DNA of 64,000 bases from Lachnospiraceae bacterium (lineage in GTDB: Bacteria > Bacillota > Clostridia > Lachnospirales > Lachnospiraceae), in contig JAZQMK010000036.1 in the NCBI GenBank assembly GCA_045543455.1, forward strand, positions 3,849 to 67,848. Reading direction: 5' to 3'. The position numbers were made by a program, and so were the translations under genes. Below are positions 8,758-17,663 of this stretch, piece by piece. Every line of letters starts with the position of its first letter. The first letter of the stretch is position 1. Under the pieces are notes generated by a model. It saw only the letters and a list, made by a program, of their open reading frames with translations, did no database searches and was not told where the DNA came from.

Positions 8758-9000
8758 TAACTTTAGATAATACTACAATCTTATCAGTTGTTAGAATCAA
8801 AATTCTCATTTTACAAGTACTTACACATAAGCGTGCTAATTCAGTTAGAGTAATATTGTGTTTTTTGCGTAATTCAGTGATTAGTTCTGCTATTAATAGT
8901 ATCATATCTATGTTTATTTTAGTAAAAATGTAAGTGATAATGTGTTACAGAATATTATAAAAGAAGTTAAAAGGGAATTATCTAGGGTGATTAGCGAGAA

Positions 9001-9029
9001 TTGACGGAAAGAATTTAATGAGATATAAT
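9001..9029 (+). promoter_or_regulatory. Sigma-70-type promoter candidate for the 9064 gene
   Basis: TTGACG (9001-9006), 17-nt spacer, TATAAT (9024-9029). Confidence 0.55.
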
Positions 9030-9063
9030 AATGTTATAATATTAAATACCGAGGTGACAAAAT

Positions 9064-9855
9064 ATGGAAGCAAAGAAATACGTAGAAAATTTAAAAGAAA
9101 TTTTAAAAAAAGTTGGGGATATGTCAGATTTAAATTTTGATTATTTGGTGGTATCAGATGATCCAGATTGTGATGCTGATTATGGTATCGATTATAATGG
9201 GAATTTGGTTATAGATAGAACATCTACATTTTTGCCAGTAGAGGAATTGGAACACATAAGATATAGAGGTACAAAGGAAATATATTCGAAACAAGATTGT
9301 TATGTGTCATTTGTTTTCAGAGATGATACAATTTTGTATGCATATTTCGATGATTCAAGTATTCCAGGAATGATATGTGAATTGCAATATAAAGGAAAAC
9401 GATTTTCTATAAATACTTCGAAAAGGCTTGTTACAGCAATTAACTATGGTTGGAATGGTAAGGATGAGTTTGTTGTTACTAATGACGGAACGCTGATAGC
9501 CTATCTTGGACAGGAAAAGAATGTTGTAATACCGAATGGTGTAACTAGTATAGCTGAATCTGCTTTCGAGGATGATAGCGTTGAAACGGTGGTTTTGGCC
9601 GATTCTGTTAAAAGTATAGGCGAAAGAGCTTTTTTAGGTACTAGAGGGCTTAAAAGTATTGAGTTGAAAAATGTCGAGGTAATAAAAAAAGATGCGTTTA
9701 GAGCAAGCGGATTAAGTAATATAACTTTACCAGCTACACTTAAAGAGTTGGGAGAAGAAGTGTTTTACTATTCTTATATACGCAATAAAGATTGTGTTGA
9801 TAATAGGTCAGAGATAGAGATTACGGATGAGATGTTTAAGTGGAATGAGGTGTAG
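9064..9855 (+). CDS. Cytoplasmic BspA-type leucine-rich-repeat protein with unknown N-terminal domain (paralog 1)
   Basis: No signal peptide. The C-terminal half carries LRR_5/BspA-like units (VVIPNGVTSIAESAFEDD.VETVVLADSVKSIGERAFLG...LKSIELKNVEVIKKDAFRAS.LSNITLP). The N-terminal ~130 aa (NFDYLVVSDDPDCDADYG...HIRYRG) was not recognised. Roughly 60% identical by eye to the 12954..13784 product. Confidence 0.7.
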   Translation: MEAKKYVENLKEILKKVGDMSDLNFDYLVVSDDPDCDADYGIDYNGNLVIDRTSTFLPVEELEHIRYRGTKEIYSKQDCYVSFVFRDDTILYAYFDDSSIPGMICELQYKGKRFSINTSKRLVTAINYGWNGKDEFVVTNDGTLIAYLGQEKNVVIPNGVTSIAESAFEDDSVETVVLADSVKSIGERAFLGTRGLKSIELKNVEVIKKDAFRASGLSNITLPATLKELGEEVFYYSYIRNKDCVDNRSEIEITDEMFKWNEV

Positions 9856-9944
9856 AGGTTATACAGAATTAATCTTTTTATCTGGATTTGAGAGCTTGTG
9901 AGAAAGTTTGTGGAAACCTCGGAAATTTAAGGAACGTGTTTGAA

Positions 9945-9973
9945 TTGACTAGTATATTATTAAAGTGTATAAT
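9945..9973 (+). promoter_or_regulatory. Sigma-70-type promoter candidate (extended -10) for the 10029 gene
   Basis: TTGACT (9945-9950), 17-nt spacer, TGTATAAT (TATAAT at 9968-9973). Confidence 0.55.
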
Positions 9974-10028
9974 TTATTATGTTACATATAATTTGGAATA
10001 AAGAATAGAATGTCTGATGAGGAATGTT

Positions 10029-10949
10029 ATGAAATTAGAATTTGATAAGCATCTCACACCTGCAGAGAGATTTAAAAGATACGTTGAACTGGCTAAATGG
10101 AATTATGAATTGTCAAATGATTGTAATAAAGCTACTAATAAAGCTATTTTGGAGTGGTATAATAAGAAGTATAACGCTTCATTGTCAGAGTCAAGTATTT
10201 CAAAGTATTTAAGTGGTACAAATGAGATTCCTATAGATGTGTACATTAATATGAAAGAACTGGCAGGGATTGAAGATGTATATTGTGGTATGGGAGCTTC
10301 TAGAGAAGATTATGAAATAGCCTCTAGTTTCAAAGAATCATTACAGTTTGTTAAGGAAGAGATTGAGTTTATATGTAAACTCGAAGAATTAGAAGGTTTG
10401 GAAGGTGATTCCATCAAGGACATTTTGAAAACGTTAATACAATTTTGTGAATGTGCTTCTCGAAAAGAATATCAGCAAGAAATACTGTTATTACAAGAAC
10501 TTAAAAAACGTATTTCGTATAATGAGAGAAAGATAAAATATGCAATTTATAATCATACTATGGCACCTTCGTATGATAAAGAATTATGTTTACGAAAGAG
10601 TTATGTCTCAGAACAGATTGATTCAGGTTCAATAATTTGTAATTGTGGTAGTGAAAACGATATTGAAGGATATCATTGTCATGAACATACGTGGTATGAC
10701 TTGTCAACAAAAGATAGTAATTATACTCCACAGAATTCAGGCGCATCAGAAATAAATAATAAAAAGAATTATTCAAATATTAGTATGTTTGATTTAGAAA
10801 TTATTAAAGATAGATACAATAGTTTATCTCATCTTATTCATACATGTATTAATTTATATGAAAAAATAAGCGAAGAAAGTTATATGGATATACCGGTAAA
10901 AGAGGAAAGCGATATATTACGAAGTTTACAATCATATATGGAGAGTTGA
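10029..10949 (+). CDS. Hypothetical protein with possible XRE-like HTH near the N-terminus and a Cys/His cluster
   Basis: Start moved to the ATG at 10029, 6 nt downstream of the GAGGA core. SESSISKYLSGTNEIPIDVYINMKELAG resembles an HTH_3 recognition region. CNCGSENDIEGYHCHEH is a possible metal-binding cluster. The rest was not recognised. Confidence 0.55.
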   Translation: MKLEFDKHLTPAERFKRYVELAKWNYELSNDCNKATNKAILEWYNKKYNASLSESSISKYLSGTNEIPIDVYINMKELAGIEDVYCGMGASREDYEIASSFKESLQFVKEEIEFICKLEELEGLEGDSIKDILKTLIQFCECASRKEYQQEILLLQELKKRISYNERKIKYAIYNHTMAPSYDKELCLRKSYVSEQIDSGSIICNCGSENDIEGYHCHEHTWYDLSTKDSNYTPQNSGASEINNKKNYSNISMFDLEIIKDRYNSLSHLIHTCINLYEKISEESYMDIPVKEESDILRSLQSYMES

Positions 10950-11000
10950 TGTTTGTTATATATTTTGGAAAATGAATAGTTGTAAAATAGGGAAAATATG

Positions 11001-11030
11001 ACTACTTCAAGAAATTGAGGTAGTTTTTTT
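11001..11030 (+). terminator. Rho-independent terminator
   Basis: Stem actacttcaa / ttgaggtagt (one G-U pair), 4-nt loop, then TTTTTTT. Confidence 0.75.
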
Positions 11031-11135
11031 ATTGAAAATTTCTTATAGAGAAAGACTTCGAAAAAGTATGATATAATATATATAGGAAATATTGTATAGA
11101 ATGTTGGCCACTAAATTAAAGAAAGGATGATAATT

Positions 11136-11558
11136 ATGGTCTTTAATATGAAATTAAATCCTGCTCCATTTGAGAGTATCTTAAGTGGTAAAAAGGTAAT
11201 TGAATTAAGGTTATATGACTTTAAAAGAAGAGAACTTCGCCTTGATGATTATCTTATATTCACAAATACTGAGAATGTGAAGAGGAAAATATTGGTTAAG
11301 ATAAAAAATTTAAGCAGGTATGATACCTTTGAGCAATGCTTTTTAGAAGTGTCTCCAGCATTGTGTGGATTTGAAGAAGATATATCGTTCCAAGAGGCTG
11401 CGGTTAAGATGGAGACATACTATTCACCAGAAGATATTAAAAAGTTTGGTGTTCTTGCTATTGGTATTGAGTTGAAGAATATTGAAGAAGTTTTGACACA
11501 TAAAAAGGCTGAAGAAGAGGCTTTTTATGATAAGTATTTTCCTGATGGACTGAAGTGA
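11136..11558 (+). CDS. ASCH domain protein
   Basis: MKLNPAPFESILSGKKVIELRLYD..R is the typical ASCH N-terminus. The start is ambiguous (11127, 11136 or 11148); 11136 has GAAAGGA 8 nt upstream. Confidence 0.7.
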   Translation: MVFNMKLNPAPFESILSGKKVIELRLYDFKRRELRLDDYLIFTNTENVKRKILVKIKNLSRYDTFEQCFLEVSPALCGFEEDISFQEAAVKMETYYSPEDIKKFGVLAIGIELKNIEEVLTHKKAEEEAFYDKYFPDGLK

Positions 11559-11589
11559 GAATTTGTTATACGAGTAGGAGGCTAACTAT

Positions 11590-12930
11590 ATGAAGTCAAG
11601 TACTAAACAGGAGGAATTTAAGATGAACAAAAAAACAAACAAAAAAGCAGTATTAGTTGGAATTGGCATAGCCATATGCTATGTAATTATGTACATAATT
11701 ACAATCTTAAAAGAGAATGCAATAGTAAAGCTTAATTATTATGATTTTATGTCAATTACAAAAATATGTGTTGGTACTTTTTTGGTGACTATTATTGTAG
11801 TATTAATACCTTTTGAAGATATAGGATATATATGGAAAAATGATTTGCTGTATAAGCATATTAACGTAAAAATATCGGATGTAAAAAAACATCAATTAAT
11901 AAATGCAGTTATTTTATACCTAGTCGTTGCTTTATTTGGGATTTGGTATAAATCTCAATTTTTTTATAGCTTTTTTAAGATGTCATTAAGATACTCATTT
12001 ATTATAACATTGATTGTTTTATATGTGCTTATTCATTCATTTGAATTGTTAAAAAAGAATCTATCGCTTGTTGTGTTTGATTTGACTTTAATTGCTGCAA
12101 ATGGTTTAGTGTTATTTTTATATACCAGAGAGTTTTATGTGGCATTTATAGTTACTCTAGCATTAAATATTTCATGGTGTATATATATGCTTAATACAGA
12201 AAGAAAGTACAAGCTTTTTATGATATTTAGTAGTATAGTGACTAATCTTTTTCTTTTGTTAAGTGCAATTCCTATAACAGGGAGAGAAAAAAAGTTATAT
12301 GCTTGGTTTAATCCGGAGAAAAGTGCTTTTGGATTTGAACATCAGGTATTAAGAGAACATTCATTACTTCTTGCTAAGGATGCTGGTTTTCGTATGGTGT
12401 ACAGACATCCGTTTTCTGCTATATACAGTTATCTTGGTGTGTTGTCGCTGATTATTTTTATTCTGGCGTTTATTGTGATGGGAGCGTTGGTTATACATAG
12501 CAGAAAGCTAGTGTCAAAGAAGAGATACCAGATGATGCTTGGTATATTTACAATTTTTGCAACGTTGTTTGTATATACCTTCTTTGCAGACCTGGGATTT
12601 GTACCAACGACTTCTATATCATTGATAATACCATTTATACAGATAGTTGGTGTTGGAATTATGCTTAGAATCTTTTTCAAGAGAGAAGTGTCTCAAAAGA
12701 TTGTTAGTATGCAAGAATTTTATGAAAAGTTAGAAATGGAATCGGATGATGATTTCGAAGACTTATTAGAGAAGCGTATTTGCAGCCAGAAGAGTCAGCG
12801 CCTTAAAATTAATAGAGATAAGATTGCAGAAGGGTTAAGTGAGGAAGAAAAAGAAAAGAAATGCGAGGATGGTCCTAAGGTAGAAGGAAAATTTATGAGA
12901 AGATTGCGTGAACGTAATAAATTACAATAA
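11590..12930 (+). CDS. Polytopic membrane protein (about 10 TM segments) with charged coiled C-terminal tail (paralog 1)
   Basis: AGGAGG SD. Many hydrophobic helices. Conserved core HPFSAIYSYLGV...FFADLGFVPTTS is shared with the 13817 product. The acidic/basic tail is EMESDDDFEDLLEKR...EEEKEKK. An alternative internal start at 11623 also has an AGGAGG SD. Confidence 0.7.
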   Translation: MKSSTKQEEFKMNKKTNKKAVLVGIGIAICYVIMYIITILKENAIVKLNYYDFMSITKICVGTFLVTIIVVLIPFEDIGYIWKNDLLYKHINVKISDVKKHQLINAVILYLVVALFGIWYKSQFFYSFFKMSLRYSFIITLIVLYVLIHSFELLKKNLSLVVFDLTLIAANGLVLFLYTREFYVAFIVTLALNISWCIYMLNTERKYKLFMIFSSIVTNLFLLLSAIPITGREKKLYAWFNPEKSAFGFEHQVLREHSLLLAKDAGFRMVYRHPFSAIYSYLGVLSLIIFILAFIVMGALVIHSRKLVSKKRYQMMLGIFTIFATLFVYTFFADLGFVPTTSISLIIPFIQIVGVGIMLRIFFKREVSQKIVSMQEFYEKLEMESDDDFEDLLEKRICSQKSQRLKINRDKIAEGLSEEEKEKKCEDGPKVEGKFMRRLRERNKLQ

Positions 12931-12953
12931 TGGATAAGAATAGGAGACTAACT

Positions 12954-13784
12954 ATGGAAGTAAAAGAATATGTTAAAAAAATGAGAGAGACTTTGAAGAA
13001 AGTTGGTGTTATGTCGGGTTTAAATTTTGATTACTTAATTGTATCAGAAGATCCTGATTGCGATGCTGATTATGGTGTGGACTATAAGGGCAATCTTAGA
13101 ATAGACGGCTATTCTACATTTTTACCATTGGCTGATTTAGAGCATATCAGATATAGAGGGATGAAAGATGTGGGCTCAGATTATGATTGTTATATATCAT
13201 TTGTATTTAAGAATGATATAACTCTATATGCCTATTTTTTAGGCTTACATCCGGGAGAGAATTATGGCTTGATATACAAAGGGAAAAGAATATCTACTGT
13301 GGCTTCAAAAGGGGTTGTTATGGCGACTAGTTGTGGCTGGGACGGTAAAGATGAGTTTGTTATTACTAAAGATGGAACTTTAACTGCGTATCTTGGGCAG
13401 AAAAAGAATATAGTGATACCAGATGGTGTGGTTAGTATTGGTAAATCTGCTTTCGAGGGTGATATGGTGGTTGAAACAGTAGTGTTGTCTCCAACTGTAA
13501 AATATATTGAAGAGAGAGCTTTTTTAGGTACATTTAAGCTTAAGAGTATTGATTTGAAAAATGTTGAAGTAATAGAAGATAATGCATTTAGAGCAAGCAG
13601 ACTATCTAATATAACTTTGCCTGAAACACTTAAGGAATTAGGCGAAGAAGTGTTTTATTATTCAGGTATATTAGGTGCAGAGTGCATTGATAATAAGTCA
13701 GGGATAGAGATTACAAGTGCGATATGTAATAATAAAATTTTCGAGGGGTATTATAATTGGATAGATGAGTCATCTATGTTATAA
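12954..13784 (+). CDS. Cytoplasmic BspA-type leucine-rich-repeat protein (paralog 2)
   Basis: Start moved to the ATG at 12954 (MEVKEYVKKM aligns with MEAKKYVENL of paralog 1; AGGAG SD upstream). Same N-terminal DPDCDADYG / HIRYRG domain and the same LRR units as 9064..9855. Confidence 0.75.
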   Translation: MEVKEYVKKMRETLKKVGVMSGLNFDYLIVSEDPDCDADYGVDYKGNLRIDGYSTFLPLADLEHIRYRGMKDVGSDYDCYISFVFKNDITLYAYFLGLHPGENYGLIYKGKRISTVASKGVVMATSCGWDGKDEFVITKDGTLTAYLGQKKNIVIPDGVVSIGKSAFEGDMVVETVVLSPTVKYIEERAFLGTFKLKSIDLKNVEVIEDNAFRASRLSNITLPETLKELGEEVFYYSGILGAECIDNKSGIEITSAICNNKIFEGYYNWIDESSML

Positions 13785-13816
13785 TATAACTAAATCTTAA
13801 AAGGAAGTGTGAAATT

Positions 13817-15064
13817 ATGGAGAATAACAAAAAAGTAGAAAAGGTAATACTATGTGGAGCAATAGTCTTAGCGTATTTGATTTTATCGACAGTTACTTTG
13901 TTTTATCAGTCTAAGATGGGTGTTCATATCAGTATTAGTTATATTTTGGAAAATCGTTTTGAAGCAATTTTAATGATGTTAATCTTGATGATTATTCCAT
14001 ATGAAAAAATATATTCGCTTATAAAGTCGTTAGAAGATTCTAAAACAATTGCTATTGTGAGCATAGCGATATATTGTGTGTGTGCATTTCTTGCTATAAA
14101 ATTTAGCGCTGATTTATTTGAGTGGGAAAGTAAGGTGGCTCAGATAACTGCGTTGCTTATTACTATGGTGGCCATATGGGTATTAACGAAAAGTTTTTAT
14201 CTTTTAAAGAATGATATAGCGTTATTTATTGTGGATATAGCTTTGATTATAGCAAATTCATTGGTGGTTTACGAGATTACTGGGGACTATTACAGCTGTA
14301 TTATTACTATGGTTGGCTTACTTATTGGTTGGAATATATGTAATTTTGTATCGGGTAGAAAATATAAAATTTTAAGCTTACTGGCTTCTATAGTATGCGG
14401 TGTAGTGACATATTATAATGTATTCTATATTGGAAAACATAGCTTTTTAAAGCAACATACATTAAGTTTAGATAATATTCCAGTAATTGAACAATATAAT
14501 CATCCATTTATAGCTGCTTATAATTACTTGGGTGTGGTGCCATTTTTATTGATGATAGTAGCTTTCATAGTTGCAACAGTTGCTGTTATTAGAAGTTATA
14601 AAGTACTTGCTAAAAGTAGATTTATTGTGATGGTATTTATATATTGTTTATTCGCAACATTGTATGTATACATATTATTAGCTGATTTGGGATTCTTGCC
14701 AACAGCTAGATATCTGTTTCTTGTAGATTCTAAATTATACATTCCTGTAATCGGAATTATGATTAGATTATTTATAACTAAATCGGCTGTAAGCTTTGTG
14801 TATGAGATGGAAGATGATGATCTTGATGATGAAGTTCTTGATAAACTTATAAGTGATACATATAGTTTAAGAAAGTCAGATATTTATATTATGCATTATT
14901 TTGAAGAACGTTTAAAATTACTTGAAAAGAATATTGATAATATACTAGATAAGCTTGGGGAAGAAAAAATTACGAAGTGTGATGATGAGAGCGATGAATT
15001 AATGAATATAGATGAATTATATAAGCAGATTAAAGCACTTTATAAGAATAAAAAAGATGAATAG
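13817..15064 (+). CDS. Polytopic membrane protein with acidic C-terminal tail (paralog 2)
   Basis: Hydrophobic throughout. Core HPFIAAYNYLGV...LLADLGFLPTAR matches the 11590 product. Tail is EMEDDDLDDEVLDK... Confidence 0.7.
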   Translation: MENNKKVEKVILCGAIVLAYLILSTVTLFYQSKMGVHISISYILENRFEAILMMLILMIIPYEKIYSLIKSLEDSKTIAIVSIAIYCVCAFLAIKFSADLFEWESKVAQITALLITMVAIWVLTKSFYLLKNDIALFIVDIALIIANSLVVYEITGDYYSCIITMVGLLIGWNICNFVSGRKYKILSLLASIVCGVVTYYNVFYIGKHSFLKQHTLSLDNIPVIEQYNHPFIAAYNYLGVVPFLLMIVAFIVATVAVIRSYKVLAKSRFIVMVFIYCLFATLYVYILLADLGFLPTARYLFLVDSKLYIPVIGIMIRLFITKSAVSFVYEMEDDDLDDEVLDKLISDTYSLRKSDIYIMHYFEERLKLLEKNIDNILDKLGEEKITKCDDESDELMNIDELYKQIKALYKNKKDE

Positions 15065-15077
15065 GAAGTGGTTTTGA

Positions 15078-15797
15078 TTGTATTACATAGTAAGTGACTT
15101 ACATGGTGATTTAATAGGTTTTAAGAAACTATTGGATAAGTTATCATTTAACAAGAATAAAGATAAAATGCTTATATTAGGTGATGTTCTAGACAGAGGA
15201 CCTGATGGTGTTGAACTGTTGTATTATATAAAAGAGCTGTGTGAATATGGCTGTGCTGAGTTGCTGTTGGGAAATCACGAGCTGTTTTGTATTATGTACC
15301 TTGAAGGAAAACTTAATGCTGCAAAATGGTCAGCATTTGGGGGAGATGAAACTCTAAATGCTTTGAAAGAAATGACGGCTGCAGAGCAGGAAAACCTTAA
15401 AAATTACTTAAAGAGTCTACCACTGTATATGGAAATTAAATCATTTTTTATTGGTCCTAATGTAACTTGCACTCATTCTGGAATACACGGAGATTATCTT
15501 ATTAGAGATAGAGAAGGTTTTATTGATGTGAAATCTTCCATTGAAGAGGCCTATAGCAAAGCACCTTATGAATTGATGTGTGGTACGGACATACATTATT
15601 TGTCACGTTCGGATTTAAATGCATTAGATAGTTACTTAATAGTGGGACATGTTCCTTGTAACAGATTGAATGATGATGAAAATGATAACAGTATATTTAG
15701 AACAAAGTACTACATGGATATAGATGCCGGAAATGGTTTCGAAGGTGGAAAAATTGCCTGCTATGTTGTTGAAACAGATGAAGAAATCTATATATAA
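15078..15797 (+). CDS. Calcineurin-like metallophosphoesterase (PPP family, PrpE/ApaH-like)
   Basis: Canonical motifs DLHGD, GDVLDRGPD and GNHE in the correct order. TTG start. Confidence 0.8.
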   Translation: MYYIVSDLHGDLIGFKKLLDKLSFNKNKDKMLILGDVLDRGPDGVELLYYIKELCEYGCAELLLGNHELFCIMYLEGKLNAAKWSAFGGDETLNALKEMTAAEQENLKNYLKSLPLYMEIKSFFIGPNVTCTHSGIHGDYLIRDREGFIDVKSSIEEAYSKAPYELMCGTDIHYLSRSDLNALDSYLIVGHVPCNRLNDDENDNSIFRTKYYMDIDAGNGFEGGKIACYVVETDEEIYI

Positions 15798-15808
15798 GGA
15801 GGGACAAA

Positions 15809-16516
15809 ATGGAAGAAAAAATTATATCAATTGTATGTTCTTATTATAAAATCTCACTAGAAGATATTATCTCTAAAAAGAGAGATGCTTTGACATCTCG
15901 TGCTAGAAAGGTCTTGTATTATTGTTTAAATCAATTTGCTAACTTATCATCCGGTGAGATTGCTAAACTGGTAAAGAGAGATATTGCAACCATTAGTTAC
16001 GGAATAACTTATGTTGTTGAAAACGCAAAAGAAGATGGTATCTTGCAAGATGAGATTAATGATTTAGAAAAAGATATAGTAAGTGAAGTCGTAAAGTTTT
16101 ATCTTATGGATATAGAAGAGAGAGAAAATAACAAATATAACTACACATCTTGTGTAATGGAAGGAACTAAAAATATGAATAAGCAGACGGTAAAAGTCGT
16201 AATTAAGGATGATTTGTTTGAACAAATTGGTATAAAGGTTGAGAAGTGTTCAGCGTATATAGATGACAAATTTGTAAATATTAACGGAGCACTTGTTTTA
16301 GAGAAAAAATGGGATAATTTTTATTATCTTATTGTAAAGGCAAATTTATATGATGAAGACAACGATATTCGTCAGATTGATTATGACCATGAGAAAAAAA
16401 CATTTGCAAAGATAGGATATGAAACATTTTCAATTAATTGTTTCAAAGATAAGCTTGATAAAGTTAAATGTATTGAAGTATATCCAAAGCTTATAAAGGT
16501 AACTGAACAAATATAG
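15809..16516 (+). CDS. Protein with N-terminal DnaA-domain-IV-like HTH and unknown C-terminal domain
   Basis: AAGGAGGG SD. IISIVCSYYKISLEDIISKKRDALTSRARKVLYYCLNQFANLSSGEIAKLVKRDIATISYG matches the Bac_DnaA_C pattern (I.....y.v...dl.s..R......aRq.amYL.r.....s...Ig..fgrdHsTV). There is no AAA+ domain. The C-terminal ~130 aa was not recognised. Confidence 0.65.
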   Translation: MEEKIISIVCSYYKISLEDIISKKRDALTSRARKVLYYCLNQFANLSSGEIAKLVKRDIATISYGITYVVENAKEDGILQDEINDLEKDIVSEVVKFYLMDIEERENNKYNYTSCVMEGTKNMNKQTVKVVIKDDLFEQIGIKVEKCSAYIDDKFVNINGALVLEKKWDNFYYLIVKANLYDEDNDIRQIDYDHEKKTFAKIGYETFSINCFKDKLDKVKCIEVYPKLIKVTEQI

Positions 16517-16543
16517 AATTTTATTAGGCAGGAGGTAATAGCT

Positions 16544-16759
16544 ATGTTAGGAAATCCAAAATTCAAACGTGGTGATATGGTTAAATTTGAAGTGAATGAT
16601 ACTAATTATGAAGGCAGTATCTACATAATAGACGCATATGGCACCTTCGAATACAGAACGGACGTGTCTTATGATATCATGGTAGAAAAAGGTCCTAGAG
16701 GAGAAAGAACTCTGTTCAAGCATATTCCTGAAGTGCATGTAAAAGCAATAGATGAGTGA
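16544..16759 (+). CDS. Small hypothetical protein (71 aa)
   Basis: AGGAGG SD 8 nt upstream. The sequence (KFKRGDMVKF...GSIYIID) suggests a small beta-rich protein. No family assigned. Confidence 0.55.
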   Translation: MLGNPKFKRGDMVKFEVNDTNYEGSIYIIDAYGTFEYRTDVSYDIMVEKGPRGERTLFKHIPEVHVKAIDE

Positions 16760-16819
16760 TTTCATTTTCACCCTCAAATACGGTATATTTTATATCTTCA
16801 CCTTGGAGGAGGTCATCAC

Positions 16820-17620
16820 ATGAATCCAACAAAACTAACAGACACCCATACCCATTATGCCCACAGACGTTTTGATTGTGGACGTGATGAAATACTTAAT
16901 ACTTTAATCGATAACGATATAGAGGCAGTTGTTGAGGCTGCAATTGATTTTGCGAGCAATCAAAAGATGAAAAAGTTATGCGAAAAATATTCTCATGTAT
17001 ATATGGCAGTGGGATGTCATCCTAACTGCATAGAAGAAATGGATGATGATAAATATCAGCAAATTGTTGAATTGACAAAGTATGATAAAGTAATCGCCAT
17101 TGGGGAAATAGGGTTGGATTATGGGAGAAATAAGAGCAAAGAACAGGTACGAATACAAAAGGAATGGTTTAGAAAGTTTGTTGAATTGGCAATTGAAAAA
17201 CATAAACCTTTAGTAATTCATTGTAGAGAGGCTTATGATGATACAATTGACATTTTGCAGGAATATAAGCTTATGGAGTGTCCGGGAGTAGTACATTGTT
17301 TTAGTGGAGATATAGAACAGGCAATAAGGCTGATAGATATGGGATTTTATATAGGTGTAAATGGCATGTTTACAAATATGGATGTTGATTCTGATGTATG
17401 CAAAGCCCTAAAATCGGTTCCAATAGAGAGAATAGTATTTGAAACGGATTCGCCGTATCTGATTCCTGCTGGTGTAAAAGGGAAGAGAAATACATCTGCA
17501 AATCTTTCAATTGTAGTGGAAAAATTTGCTGACTTACGTGGTGAATCTACAGATTATATTAGACAGGTAGTGCGGAGCAATGTTAATACTTTATATACGT
17601 CAATATCAAGTATTCTATGA
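16820..17620 (+). CDS. tatD: TatD-family metal-dependent hydrolase/DNase
   Basis: Motifs DTHTH, GEIGLDY, HCR, VHCFSG, ETDSPYL. GGAGGAGG SD. Confidence 0.9.
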   Translation: MNPTKLTDTHTHYAHRRFDCGRDEILNTLIDNDIEAVVEAAIDFASNQKMKKLCEKYSHVYMAVGCHPNCIEEMDDDKYQQIVELTKYDKVIAIGEIGLDYGRNKSKEQVRIQKEWFRKFVELAIEKHKPLVIHCREAYDDTIDILQEYKLMECPGVVHCFSGDIEQAIRLIDMGFYIGVNGMFTNMDVDSDVCKALKSVPIERIVFETDSPYLIPAGVKGKRNTSANLSIVVEKFADLRGESTDYIRQVVRSNVNTLYTSISSIL

Positions 17621-17663
17621 TATAATAGCAATATGCAATTACACATGATGGCGAGGTGATTTG

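Noticed and set aside
8750-8905. 51-codon minus-strand ORF MILLIAELITELRKKHNITLTELARLC..., resembling an XRE-type HTH and divergent from the 9064 gene.
   Set aside because: There is no SD in front of its only ATG. It is shorter than a complete HTH_3 domain, its 3' end overlaps the terminator hairpin of the 4734 gene, and the second half does not look like an HTH. It may be a relic of a regulator, but it is not reported as a gene.
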